A DNA stretch of 63,890 nucleotides, counting the filler, from Octopus bimaculoides (lineage: Eukaryota): NCBI RefSeq assembly GCF_001194135.2. It is 5 parts of 4 records of this genome, joined end to end, with 100 filler letters (N's around TTAATTAATTAA, not from the genome) between each part and the next. Parts side by side here need not be neighbours in the genome. Positions count along the whole stretch, not along the records: positions 27,409 to 40,269 come from NC_068981.1; positions 40,370 to 52,693 come from NC_068981.1; 3 more parts are not named here. One strand, 5' to 3'. The notes under the pieces were generated by a model. The model had not been told where the DNA came from. It worked only from the letters and a program-made list of their open reading frames with translations, and made no database searches. Below are positions 38,301 through 50,012 of this stretch, one piece after another (within the stretch, counting starts at the first letter, position 1; each line of letters begins with the position of its first letter). Made by a program: the position numbers and the translations under genes.

Positions 38301-38470
38301 ATAATTGTACATTCCTACGTTGTGCGTGTGCGGTCTTTCGTTCTTTATTTCGCTTCTGTTGGAAATGTTACGTCTGTCTTCGTGTTTCACATTTCCACTT
38401 CTTATGGTATTATTTGGGATTGCTGGGTGGTTACTATCTACATTTTCCTGATGTATTTTTCCTTTTAAAT
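35325..38470 (-). mobile_element. Near full-length decayed R4/Dong-type (RLE-endonuclease) non-LTR retrotransposon
   Basis: Successive frameshifted segments: INSINLAV..NNIIYAAA; EEQKGC.KGSYGCKDQLMIN..WIDY; RRGIFQGD..LYMDDLK (RT); LKAETEGFLIAAQDQSL; CGIC..ETISHIISGC (CCHC); RPDIVVKD..LIDVSIP..KYKDLEIE (RLE). Confidence 0.92.
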
Positions 38471-39581
38471 GTTTTATTTCTAGTTCAGACTTTTTTTTTT
38501 TTTGAGAATATCTCTTCGTATGTTAGCTAGTTTATTAGGGTTCATTGCTGTATCCAAATCTTAAATCAGGTTATTTTTCTTCCAGATTTCATATGAATAT
38601 ATTGAGGGGTTTTCATTCTTTGTGTAGGGTACTGCTGTAAAATAAGCGTGTAGGACTGAAATATATTCCTCACGTGTCCTTTTTTTTTTTTTTTTTGCTT
38701 TTTTGATATTTTTTGCGGGACATGAGGAACAACGTCCGGCCCTTTATTTTGACGGTCATCATTTTCGTAGGGTACCGGTCGTTTATTTCTGGCGGGAAAA
38801 AAATTAAGCATCTATCCAGTGCTCGAACCGTAGATCATAGCGCTACTAGCTCGGTACTGATAGATTATCTATTTACTAACACCACCACCACAACCATAAA
38901 AAAATCAGCAACAGCAGGCACATTAAACAACTATTGTGGCGGCAATAACTACAAGGATATCAACAACCTAAATGCAAAGAGTTTTCATTTTTATAATTGT
39001 TATTATTTATGAAAAGAATATTATGAGCCGTGACACACCGTATCAATTCGTTGGACGGTTATTTCACATTTGCAGACAAATATAATATGTAACAGTCCGA
39101 TGTAAGTTGCTTCTTCATGATTCGTTAGATAATAAAGCTGTTGTCCCGACAACGCCCCAATTTATTGGTAGCTGTTACATCTTGACTTTCTACATGTATT
39201 GATAGAAAGCCACAGAGTTAAATTATCTGTGGTAATGCATTATAGTATATGTTGTGCATTACTGCATTTTAAAACACATTCTCTATATTATTCTTTTTAA
39301 TAGCGTCTGTAAATAATTTAGTTACATGTTCTATCACCTCTTGAAGGACTTTGTTATTCAACGGGTACGATGTGTTGATACTGAAATTACAGTCAACCTA
39401 ATCGTTTAGTCAGTTCCGGGGTATATTCGGCGATAACAGGATATTTCGCTAATGATGCTTTCCAAGGAACCATAGTCCTTAAATATTCTTCATTATAGAA
39501 TTGTTATTAATTGATTACGGAATATGTTGTACATATAGTATGTACATATACATACGTATATGTATATACTTACATTTATGC

Positions 39582-39638
<57 letters not shown>

Positions 39639-39645
39639 TATATAG

Positions 39646-39930
39646 GCACAAGACGTCATGAAAAGTACGAATTACGAGTACATGGAATATGGAATATGGA
39701 CTATTTTTTTTGAACCATGAAAGATACAAATCGAAAACAAGAAGACAACATAAAGAACGACACTTAATCGAAAAACAAGAGTAGAAAAACAGCCAACAAC
39801 TGATCAAGTGTCGTTCTTTATGTTGTTTTCTTTTCTTCCATTTGTGTCTTTCGTTGTTCTAAAAATAATTCATATTCCATGTACTCATACTTCGTATTTT
39901 TTGCTGTACACGATTCGTGACGTCCAGTGC
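39646..39930. repeat. Long imperfect inverted repeat (about 120-bp arms, 40-nt spacer)
   Basis: 39646-39765 matches the reverse complement of 39806-39930; the inner ends (caacataaagaacgacactt / aagtgtcgttctttatgttg) are perfect. Confidence 0.85.
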
Positions 39931-40269
39931 ACACATATGCACTGGTAACATGTAATCCAGTACAACCTGTTGCATGGTCGGGTCGTCGGCGACTAAACTG
40001 GCAACCCCACCAGGCTTGCTTGGTGAGGAGGGTGTTGTTGGACACCCTGCAGGACGAAAAATAAGACCTGTCAAAGGGCGGTTGAACTCCTGAACAGTCA
40101 ACGACCATCCAACAAAATGTCTGTAAATATGTATATATATATATATATATATGTATGGGTGTGTATATGTGTGTGAATGTCTGTAAATATGTATATATGA
40201 ATAATTTTAATTTTATATATATACTATTTTTTATCTTTTATATTTTATTTATATATATATATATTTTTT

Positions 40270-40369
40270 NNNNNNNNNNNNNNNNNNNNNNNNNNNNNNN
40301 NNNNNNNNNNNNNTTAATTAATTAANNNNNNNNNNNNNNNNNNNNNNNNNNNNNNNNNNNNNNNNNNNN
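40270..40369. other. Artificial scaffold spacer (44 N + TTAATTAATTAA + 44 N)
   Basis: Same 100-bp structure as 27309-27408. Confidence 0.95.
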
Positions 40370-40700
40370 ACAAAGACCTGGAAATAGAGATAACTCGAAT
40401 GTGGAATCTAAAAACAGAAACAATTCCTATCATAGTAGGTGCCTTAGGTATAATAAAAAAAATATTCAGACAAATACATAACAAAAACACCAGGACTTAC
40501 AAATATATATAACATACAGAAAATTGCACTACTGGGTACTGCACACATTCTACGCAAAACACTTTCAATACAGTAAACATAAAAGCACCACAGCAAACCA
40601 CAGCACATACCCAAGGCACACAGAGCTGCGCTCGGTAGTGAAGTGAAAGCACGTTATAAAAATAAAACTACTGAACAATGATAATAATAATAATAATGAG
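40370..40700 (+). mobile_element. 3' end of an R4/Dong-type element, with 3' UTR and (TAA)n tail
   Basis: KDLEIEITRMWNLKTETIPIIVGALG...IQKIALLGTAHILRKTLSIQ*. Matches the reverse complement of 35330-35470 and ends in gataataataataataat. Confidence 0.9.
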
Positions 40701-41763
40701 GATGATGATGGTAATAACAATGAAGTGATAGTGAAAAACAATAGCATATAACTTCAAGATGCTTTCATTAACACAGGTGTATAAGAATCTAAATTTTAAT
40801 GCAGATTATTATTTTGATCAGGACCAAACTGATTAAAACACAGATTGAAAACAACACTTTGTCATTCTTTGTAAATTTGAAATTGTGTATATTTTGAGAA
40901 CTCGTTTAAGAACCTTCTTTATATCTAAAATGCAACCATAACAGGCACATCAATGCAATGAAATATGAAATATGTTAACTAAATTATCTTCAACGATATT
41001 TTCACTATTGCACCTGCATGTTCTAACTGCAATACATTGCTAAGTGAATTGTTGCAATGTTTCTTATATGGTCTCTGGATTATATCTCATCTTTACCTGC
41101 ATTGTAAACTACAGGATGATATGCATCATGCGGTTCAACTGTAAAGGTGAATTTTGTGCTGTGTATTATATTGTGGAGAAGCAGTTTTCATCAGATCCTC
41201 TAGTTTTAGGTAACCGTAAAATATGTATCGGTAGGATAGCATTCTGTTGCGAATGGTATATTCCATCATAACATAGTAAAAATATTCATGGAGAGAGTGT
41301 GTCTTTGTCTATTTTAGATGAATCGTAAATGTGGAACGTATTTTCATATCCTTCTAAAACTTTTAATAAACGAAGTAGGAGAAATCGCAAAAGAAGTCAA
41401 AATTCAAACGTACGCGCTCTTAACGATAGTAAGCACTTTCTAACGTCAACCATACCCAACATGGGTGCTTTCTTTTAATTAGTGAATATTTTAAGATTAC
41501 ATAGTTTATGTGTCACAGCAATATTTCATGATAGAATTTTCCTTCTAGATGGATTGGCTGATATGAAACAACAGTGTTCTGTTTATGCACAAAAGTAATT
41601 CTTCAGACACCTAAACCCCCGGAGAGATATGCACGGTTTTGATAATGATGTATTAACAAGAACTGCATTAGTGATATTGAATATCTAAATCATGATGTCG
41701 TTAGTAATTATGAAAAGTTATTTGTCTTTATGAACATTAGATATTTTTATTTCATCCTCGCAG

Positions 41764-41906
41764 CTTCTTCGTCTGCTGACGATGTGGAACTTTCGTTGGT
41801 CAACAGACTCTTAAAGAACTATGATAAGAGGGTTCGTCCATCTTTGAACTCGTCAGAAGCAATAAACGTCACATTCGGAGTGGCATTAGCTCAAATAATC
41901 GATGTG
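41764..41906 (+). CDS. Cys-loop receptor (nicotinic acetylcholine receptor-type) subunit, first mature-protein exon (143 nt)
   Basis: Acceptor ttcatcctcgcag|, donor GTG|gtaagt. Translates to SSSADDVELSLVNRLLKNYDKRVRPSLNSSEAINVTFGVALAQIIDV, with the nAChR motifs L...LL..Y...VRP and V.FG..L.QIIDV and the conserved phase-0 intron after QIIDV. No other exon found. Confidence 0.9.
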
Positions 41907-42158
41907 GTAAGTACAAAAGTAGTTTATTACATTTTTTTTTGTTTTTTTTTTTGCTTTGCTTTAAATTCTTTTATTTCACAAAACAATTTCTCTGGAACGT
42001 ACACAAAATCTAAATGTGTATAATGAGAAACACGCAACGCTTGACAGAATGTTCTCTATATCGTTTTTATATCATACACCCATATACACATGAGGCATTT
42101 GGATAATTTTCCAAATATATAGCAATATTTCTTTTCCTTTTTTAACGCACACAAACAG

Positions 42159-42212
<54 letters not shown>

Positions 42213-42631
42213 TTATATATATACACAACACATACGTGCATATATATGTGCATTTTCTCTCTGTCTTTGTTACTGTGATCTCTGCTTATTTAGAACATTC
42301 AGACGATTGTGGAATTCAATGGGAAATTGGCAGTCAACCCATGTTCGTTGATATATTATTTCATTAGGCATAATAGGTAATATCCATTTTTATGCTATAT
42401 TCGAATATCTGATAATATATAGATTCAGATTCATAGATAATAGTCCTTATTATTCTGAGCGGATATATCAGTATATCCTAATCTGAGTATGCCTGTTGTT
42501 CACCTTCATATAAGTGACACTTATATTCTCTGGTTAATAATTTGGGTGGTTTAAATTGAAATAATAGCCCAGTGTGTGAAATATAAGCCTGTCTATTGTA
42601 AATATTCATTGAGTCATTAATTTTCTTTTAT

Positions 42632-43214
42632 TCTTTTACTTGTTTCAGTCATTTGACTGTGACCATGCTTAAGCACCGCCTTTAGTCGAGCAATCTAGGT
42701 CAGGACTTATTCTTTGTAAACTTAGTACTTATTCTATCGGATTCTTTTGCCGAATCGCTAAGTTAAGGGGACGTAAACACACCAGCATCGGTTGTCAAGC
42801 GTTGTCGGGGGGACAAACACAGATACATAAACATTTATACACACATACATACACACGCATATATATNNNNNNNNNNNNNNNNNNNNNNNNNNNNNNNNNN
42901 NNNNNNNNNNNNNNNNNNNNNNNNNNNNNNNNNNNNNNNNNNNNNNNNNNNNNNNNNNNNNNNNNNNNNNNNNNNNNNNNNNNNNNNNNNNNNNNNNNNN
43001 NNNNNNNNNNNNNNTATATATATATGTATGTATATATATATATATACGTATATATACGACGGGCTTCTTTCAGCTTCCGTCTACCTAATCAACTCACAAA
43101 GCTTTGGTCGGCCTGCGGCTAGAGCAGAAGGCACTTGCCAAAGGTGCCACGCAGTGGCACTGAACTCGGAACCATGTGGTTAGTAAGCAAGCTACTTACC
43201 ATACAGCTACTCCT
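42632..43214 (-). mobile_element. tRNA-derived SINE (family A), gap inside; further minus copies at about 24024-24100, 26250-26420, 35218-35315, 52436-52693, 59219-59345 and 61940-62101
   Basis: Reverse complement of 18831-19230 motifs (cttttacttgtttcagtcatttgact...gccaaggtgccacgcagtgg...gctacttaccatacagc). Confidence 0.9.
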
Positions 43215-44462
43215 GACCCTTTTTTAAATTTCAAAATGGAATCGCTGTGTCTACCTACCAATTCATATCTATTCTCCACTCAAAATTCATCCCAAATTCA
43301 TTGACATACATTTGTTACATTACCTTATTGATGGACAAAAACTCTTCTGATGCACTATTCTTCCCAATACGTATGCATGTGTTTTGACTTGCCCGACAAC
43401 AATTCCCTTTATACACTTTAAGGCTTGTCACAGATGTTCATCAAAGAGGTAACAAAATAGTAAAAGAAATTTACTTCAATTTAACTTTTAGCTTGAAATA
43501 ATTTTCATTTCATAATATTGTTATATGATTCGAATTGATTTATTTCAGACTGTCAAAATGGTATTCGTTGGTCCAATTTACTGAACAAACGCCCCTGTTC
43601 TTGGTTTACAAGTGCTTGTTAACTACGAAACAATAATTTCATGTTAATCGCTATATCTATCTAGAGATCGTTCCATTGACGATCACTTGTCGACCCCTGT
43701 TATTACCTCTGCAACAATAGCAGATTTCTTCAACAATTACCGCCTAAATAGCAGAAACACAGTAAACACTGCCACGGTGATAACATCTTCCCAGTAATAT
43801 ACAGTAGAACCTGATACAAAACACTGTAACAACAAGAACGTCCAATAGTTACCGATATGGCTCAATGTAACATCAGCAATGATATTTATTAGAGGAAGAC
43901 ACTGCAATACTAAATGCTGCGCCAACAACAAACTACAAGAATAGTGATCCCAGGAATGAGATACCATTGTAATAACCCCTGCAAGAGTAACAACCGCAGA
44001 AATAACAACTAAAGCATATAGATAACAGTAAAAATATCTGAACGTATCAACGGACAATTTATTATTGAAGTAAATTACAATGAGTACTGATGATGTAAAA
44101 ATAAAAACAATCATACACATTTAAGTTTAAATCATGTGCGTTGAGAATACACGCGCACTATATNNNNNNNNNNNNNNNNNNNNNNNNNNNNNNNNNNNNN
44201 NNNNNNNNNNNNNNNNNNNNNNNNNNNNNNNNNNNNNNNNNNNNNNNNNNNNNNNNNNNNNNNNNNNNNNNNNNNNNNNNNNNNNNNNNNNNNNNNNNNN
44301 NNNNNNNNNNNNNNNNNNNNNNNNNNNNNNNNNNNNNNNNNNNNNNNNNNNNNNNNNNNNNNNNNNNNNNNNNNNNNNNNNNNNNNNNNNNNNNNNNNNN
44401 NNNNNNNNNNNNNNNNNNNNNNNNNNNNNNNNNNNNNNNNNNNNNNNNNNNNNNNNNNNNNN

Positions 44463-44742
44463 ATTCGGCCTTGACACATTTTCTGTTCCCTTATCTATAC
44501 AAAGGGGAGACAAACTCCTCCAACCAGCCCAGCCTGCATTCATGGACATGTTTCTAAGTCTTTGCTCGTCATCAGCCTGAAGTAGCACGGCGGGCTAGCT
44601 GAAGAAATCTGTCTAAGCTTTGTATAGATATACTATTTCAAAATGTGTCAAGGCCTAATAGGAAGCGGTCTGGCTTCCTAGGGCTAAACAGCAGTAGTAT
44701 ATTCCCTTATTGGGACTGTCACGTTAAGTTGACAGTATACAA
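44463..44742. mobile_element. Foldback element (about 100-bp inverted ends, left end cut by gap) with central hammerhead motif
   Basis: 44641-44742 is the reverse complement of 58574-58674 and of the remnant at 44463-44482. An inner 13-bp inverted pair is tatctatacaaag/ctttgtatagata. The interior matches 58660-58780. Confidence 0.8.
44539..44581 (-). ncRNA. Minimal type I hammerhead ribozyme motif
   Basis: Minus strand: ttcagg CTGATGA c-gag-caaaga-ctt-a GAAA catg T C catgaa. The core is intact, stem III is palindromic (ACATGT), and stem I pairs at 5 of 6 positions. Confidence 0.65.
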
Positions 44743-44798
44743 TTACTTTTTTGCGTCACTACTGCTTAAGTCTCACTGAGAAATTTAGAAATTTGTTA

Positions 44799-44839
<41 letters not shown>

Positions 44840-44947
44840 GCTTGTGTATGTGTGTATGTATAGAAATATACATATAAAGTATATAATGTTGTAAATATAA
44901 TTATAATAAGTGTAAATACTATACGAAGTAGTGCCACATGCCACAGG

Positions 44948-45087
44948 TAGACGTCAAATGGCTCTAAAACTATTTTATTTATCACAGTGATAAGGGCTGA
45001 AAGAGAGGTAAATAAGCGTTCATTTCCCTCGCTTTCAGCTCGTGTCAATGTAATAAATAAGATAGTTTTAGAGTCATTTGGCGTCTA
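44948..45087. mobile_element. 140-bp almost fully palindromic foldback MITE with TA ends
   Basis: TA|gacgtcaaatggctctaaaactat...atagttttagagtcatttggcgtc|TA; pairing continues inward (gctgaaag/ctttcagc, aaat/attt). Confidence 0.75.
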
Positions 45088-45238
45088 ATTCTAGCATGTG
45101 GCGCTACTCAATAGTTGCCCTTATTACAATTATATTTTAAATACTAACCACTTTATAGAATCTTACACAGATTTTATCCTTGACTATATATATAGATATG
45201 CATATGACTATATGCGTATATGTGTGTTTGTGTGTGTA

Positions 45239-45317
<79 letters not shown>

Positions 45318-45356
45318 GCAGCTGTTCACATCGATGCAAAACAAGGTAGAAGGAAT

Positions 45357-45875
45357 AGTACTTAATTAAAGCTGCAAAATTGTCACAAAACAGTTAACAG
45401 GAGTTTCAAGTCACCGTTCGTGGGACAGTTGTGATGAAAACTGACTTAGAATTATAATGGTACATGTTATATAACGTGATGTAATTAAAAACACACAAAT
45501 AACATTTAAATTTGACTGAATGTTTGATTTTCAAATCATACCGTTGCAATATTCGTTACCAGCTGTGAATTTGGCGGAGAAGGGGTTGAAAATTACCAGT
45601 AACATATATAAAGATATAAATAGTATATGATCGAAAATAGATCCTTGCTGAGAGCAGTAGGAGAAGTCCAGACGGGTATTAATTACTCGCCACTTCCCAC
45701 AGTTCTATCTTTCTCTTCCCCGCTTCAATTTTTTCATTCAAACTTACTCCCACTTTGTTTTCTTTTTTTCCTTTTATCAACCGTTTTCTTATATTTGCGT
45801 ATTTATACATGTTTTAATGCATAGCTAACATATGTATATGCGCTTGCATACAATATATGTACTTATACACGTTTG

Positions 45876-45915
<40 letters not shown>

Positions 45916-46475
45916 TGAATGATTCTGTGCTTGTATGTTGATATTATGCCATGATTGTATGTATATATGTAATTGTATACGTCTGTATATGTATTTGTCT
46001 ATGTTTTTCTTTATGTATATTTACATGTAGACTTTGTATTTACTATTTTCTATTTATTTTAATAACACTTAGATTTTACCTCATTTTCGTAATACCCGTC
46101 TCACGACTGAATTTCAGTACTATTCAATTATAAATTAATTGATTAATTAATCTCTGAACTTTTTCTCCTGCTCTATGCAAGGTACAAGGTTTGTTACGAT
46201 CTAATCATAATATTTATATTTATATATACTTTACTGATAATTTTCAATCCTCTACCACCAAACACCCAGCTGATAATGACGATATTACACCGTTATATTT
46301 CGAAAATCAGACAGCCAATCAAATTTAAATACTTATTCGTGTATTTTCAATGACGTCACAATATTACATGTACCATCGAAATTTTGATTCAGTTTTTATC
46401 ACAACTGTCCGACGAACGGGAACAGGAAGCTCTGAGTAAGAATTTTGTGATAATTTTGCAAATTTAATTATAGTA
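45357..46475. repeat. Pair of ~90-bp inverted repeats about 1 kb apart, each a decayed hammerhead-like arm
   Basis: 45357-45443 matches the reverse complement of about 46388-46475 (shared ccgttcgt.ggacagttgtgat.aaaactga and tgcaaaatt.tcacaaaa). Confidence 0.7.
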
Positions 46476-48772
46476 TATATATATACACACACACACACTC
46501 ACAAACACGCACACACGCACACACACATATTCATATATATATATATATGGGAGAAGTTGAGGCATAGAGACTTAAACACGGAATATAGAAACCCAGGTAC
46601 TTCTATACAATACGTACATTTACTCCTGGAATACATTTAAACACACCATACTCAATTCATTTACAAATCTGAGCATGTTTCAGTCATATCAGGTATAATA
46701 GAAATACACACTCAGAAACACCTAACACATTAACCTACACGAATATACATTTTATGTGTTCTATTCATCTGATTTTCTTTACAGCTATAGATTTCCCAGT
46801 AGAGCTGTAACATCGTGCAATATCGCTTCATTAGCATTTAACAAACAGTCCAGTTTCAACGATGTGTGAATATGTAGGGGATAGACACGGAAGAAACAGT
46901 CTTTCAATCAAGCTTTGAGTCAATAAAATGTGGTGAAAAAATATGGAAAATAATGGTTGTTCGTTTGTAAAGAAGATTTATTATTTTCTTTGAATCTGAT
47001 ACTCTTTTCTTCTCATATTACCGTCCCTTCTTACCTATGTCTTTCTAAGACTACGCTTCACTCTAGCATTTCTTTCTTTTCCTTTTATTTCGTATTTCAT
47101 TTCGTCATGTTTCATTCAGCCACTCGCAGTTATGAATATATATTCATTGACAAATGAATATATATTCATGAGTATGAGTGAATCTATATAAAATTGCCCA
47201 GAAAAAATCTCTCGTTCACTCATACGTACACACGTCCGCAAGCACGCGCTCACGCACACACATACACATTCACACATGCATATATACTACTACATATACG
47301 TGTATATGCCTCTATGTGTATTTGAATGTATATATGTATTATGTACATATATTTGTGTGTGCGTGCGTGTGTGTGAAAGTTAGTAATAGAATGCCGTGAC
47401 TAAGAGATATTTTCGGACTTGCCCAGACATTCGGTAACGATGTTGTTGACATTTACTAGGAAGAGTTTTATATAGATATTTTCAGTAAAATATCGGCGAA
47501 GAGGGATTTGCGGAATAATGCAGTTATGTAGGAGTAAGAATACATATAATATATATTGTATTATATTATATTATATTATATTATATTATATTATATTATA
47601 TTATATATAGGAGACACATGAGTCCCAGATATGGTTGCCATCGATTTCTTTTCTATTTATGTTAGAACAAGATGCATAACACACAAAAGGAGGTGCATGG
47701 GTACGGCTGTAGCTTTGGTGATTATGTGGCTGAATAAAGTAACCGACTATACAAATACATAATTTTCATATCCCTCTCGTAATACTTTGCTGTCTTCTGA
47801 TAAGAACATGATATTTCCTGAAAAACTGTACACTGTATCTAGCAGTTAAATTACAAGCAATGTAAAACGGTTTCATGGTGGTTTCATTGAACTATTTACA
47901 TAATAAATTCACATAGTACGTGTTAAATTGTCTTTACACCACTATATTTTGATATTATATACCGCACAGGTAAGCTGATCATCAGTGCCCTGGAGAATGA
48001 GTAGACGTAAATTCATATTCTAATAGGGGGTGGTATTAACCACCGAAAATGTTGTCACAATATGCCACTCAGACATATTGACATTCACTAAGCATTTCTT
48101 CATCTTTTCCATTATGGCTTGCTGTTTTATTCATTTTTCTAGATTGCAAGAAAGACAAGTAGGAGGTGTATGTGTGCATATGCAGAAGGCAAGTTGCACA
48201 CATACACAAGAACAAAAATTTGAGCGAACGTAAAAGCGCATGTTCTGTTAGCAGTATTGACTGTTTCGAAATGTCACTCAACGTTAGCCTATGGTTCTGG
48301 CGCCAATAAAACAGGTTTTTTCTAATGAAATGTTAAAACAGGTTTTTTTCTAATGAAATATGTCATGATTCTTCAGTTAACGAAGTTTAGAACTGATGTT
48401 TGTCTATTATCTATGATAATTCACATAAGAAGAATGAAAGGCTAAGATGAACTTGATATTATGTAAACAGAAGGTAAAGATAGGACTAAATACTCCACAC
48501 TTGTGAGGATTCAGCCAAATCCTATACTTGTCAGTTGAACTGCAAATACTGATATTTTTTCTCGTTTTCCTTATGTATTGTTAGGTTTGTTATGCTTGCA
48601 TTTGACGAAACCTTTATTACAATTTCCAAGAACAGACATTATACTGATAGGTAATTTTATATATATATATAACCTAACACACGTACTCAATGTATGTGTT
48701 TGACACATACATTAGGTGTTTTTGATAAGTTTTACATTAGCACTGTTTCTAATTCACACATGAATACATATA

Positions 48773-50012
48773 CGTGGTGCGTAAGGTATCTGAGTACATA
48801 CCTTTTTGGGGTCATTGCTGCATTTTTTGCTAACTCTGTATAATATTTGTTTCAAAAGATAATATTGGAAGTCCCTCAGCTTAATCAAGAAATAAAGAAG
48901 CATGCCGTTATTGTGGTTATAAAGGCTGAGTATGGCAATTTAGAAATATCGCGATTTTTAAAAGTTGTCAGCTCTTTCGTCTACAAAGTTTGTAAGGAGC
49001 TAGAGACTGAAGATGGAAACGTATCACCAGTATCAAAGCATAAAAAGCTTTCTATACGCTCTGAAATCATCAGAAGACCTGAATTTATCTGGCAAGTTCA
49101 ATAGACCATTGATTACAATCTCAGAAAGTCCATGAGGTCAATTGTGAAAGATCTCCATGTGTCAGAAGGAACAGTTAGAAATGTTGTCCACGAAAACATC
49201 AAATATAAGATTTATATGATGATGAATGGTCAATTTGTCAGAAAAAGCAAAAAGAATATCACTACATCAGATCTAAAAGGCTATTAAACAAATTGAAAAA
49301 TCCAGTAGAAGATTTGATTTGATTTTCCTCAAACGTGAGACTTCGACCAAGATCAAAATTAACAGAAGAAATGATTGATGATTATATGCAGACCCTTCTG
49401 AAGTTTCAAGTGTTATGTATACAAAATTTTCTGCTATTGTCATGGTCTTAAGGGTTGTCCGCAATGAAGGTCATATGATGCTTCCTTACTATTTTCCACG
49501 AGGCTTTACAATTAACTTTACCGCCCACATTGTGGTCCTGGAAATAATTAAGCTCTGGATAGATAGTGTATGCAATGGAAGGCCATATGTGTTTCAGTAA
49601 GACACTGCACTGCCACACATGGCACTAGTAACACAGGATTAGATGGCTGAAAATTTTCATGATCACATAACCCCTAACATTTGGGCTCCTAATTCCCCAG
49701 ACTTCAATCCATTGGTCTATTACATGTGGAGCGTTGTTGAGAGAGATGTCAATGAACACACGCATTAGAGTAAAGATACTTTGGAGGCTCCAATAATCAG
49801 AGTAATGCCCAAAATGAACCACGAACACTTAATTCGTGCATGTAGATGATTTATACCTCATATAGAAGCAGTAGTCGAAGCTGAAAGAGGCTTTATTGAA
49901 TAACATCATAGAAAAAGAATACGTTTCTTTTTATCCTCATAGCATATATTATCTGTTATTATATATCAGTTTTTTATAAACATAAATCTGTCCTCAAATA
50001 TCTTAGGCACCA

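Noticed and set aside
23910-41763. nAChR gene nested in, or head-to-head with, PICALM
   Set aside because: Two artificial spacers separate the genes, so their relative arrangement is unsupported.
43737-44120. 127-aa hydrophobic minus ORF (also 62515-62748 and 9326-9541)
   Set aside because: Low-complexity or compositionally biased sequence, with no recognisable domain or splice context.
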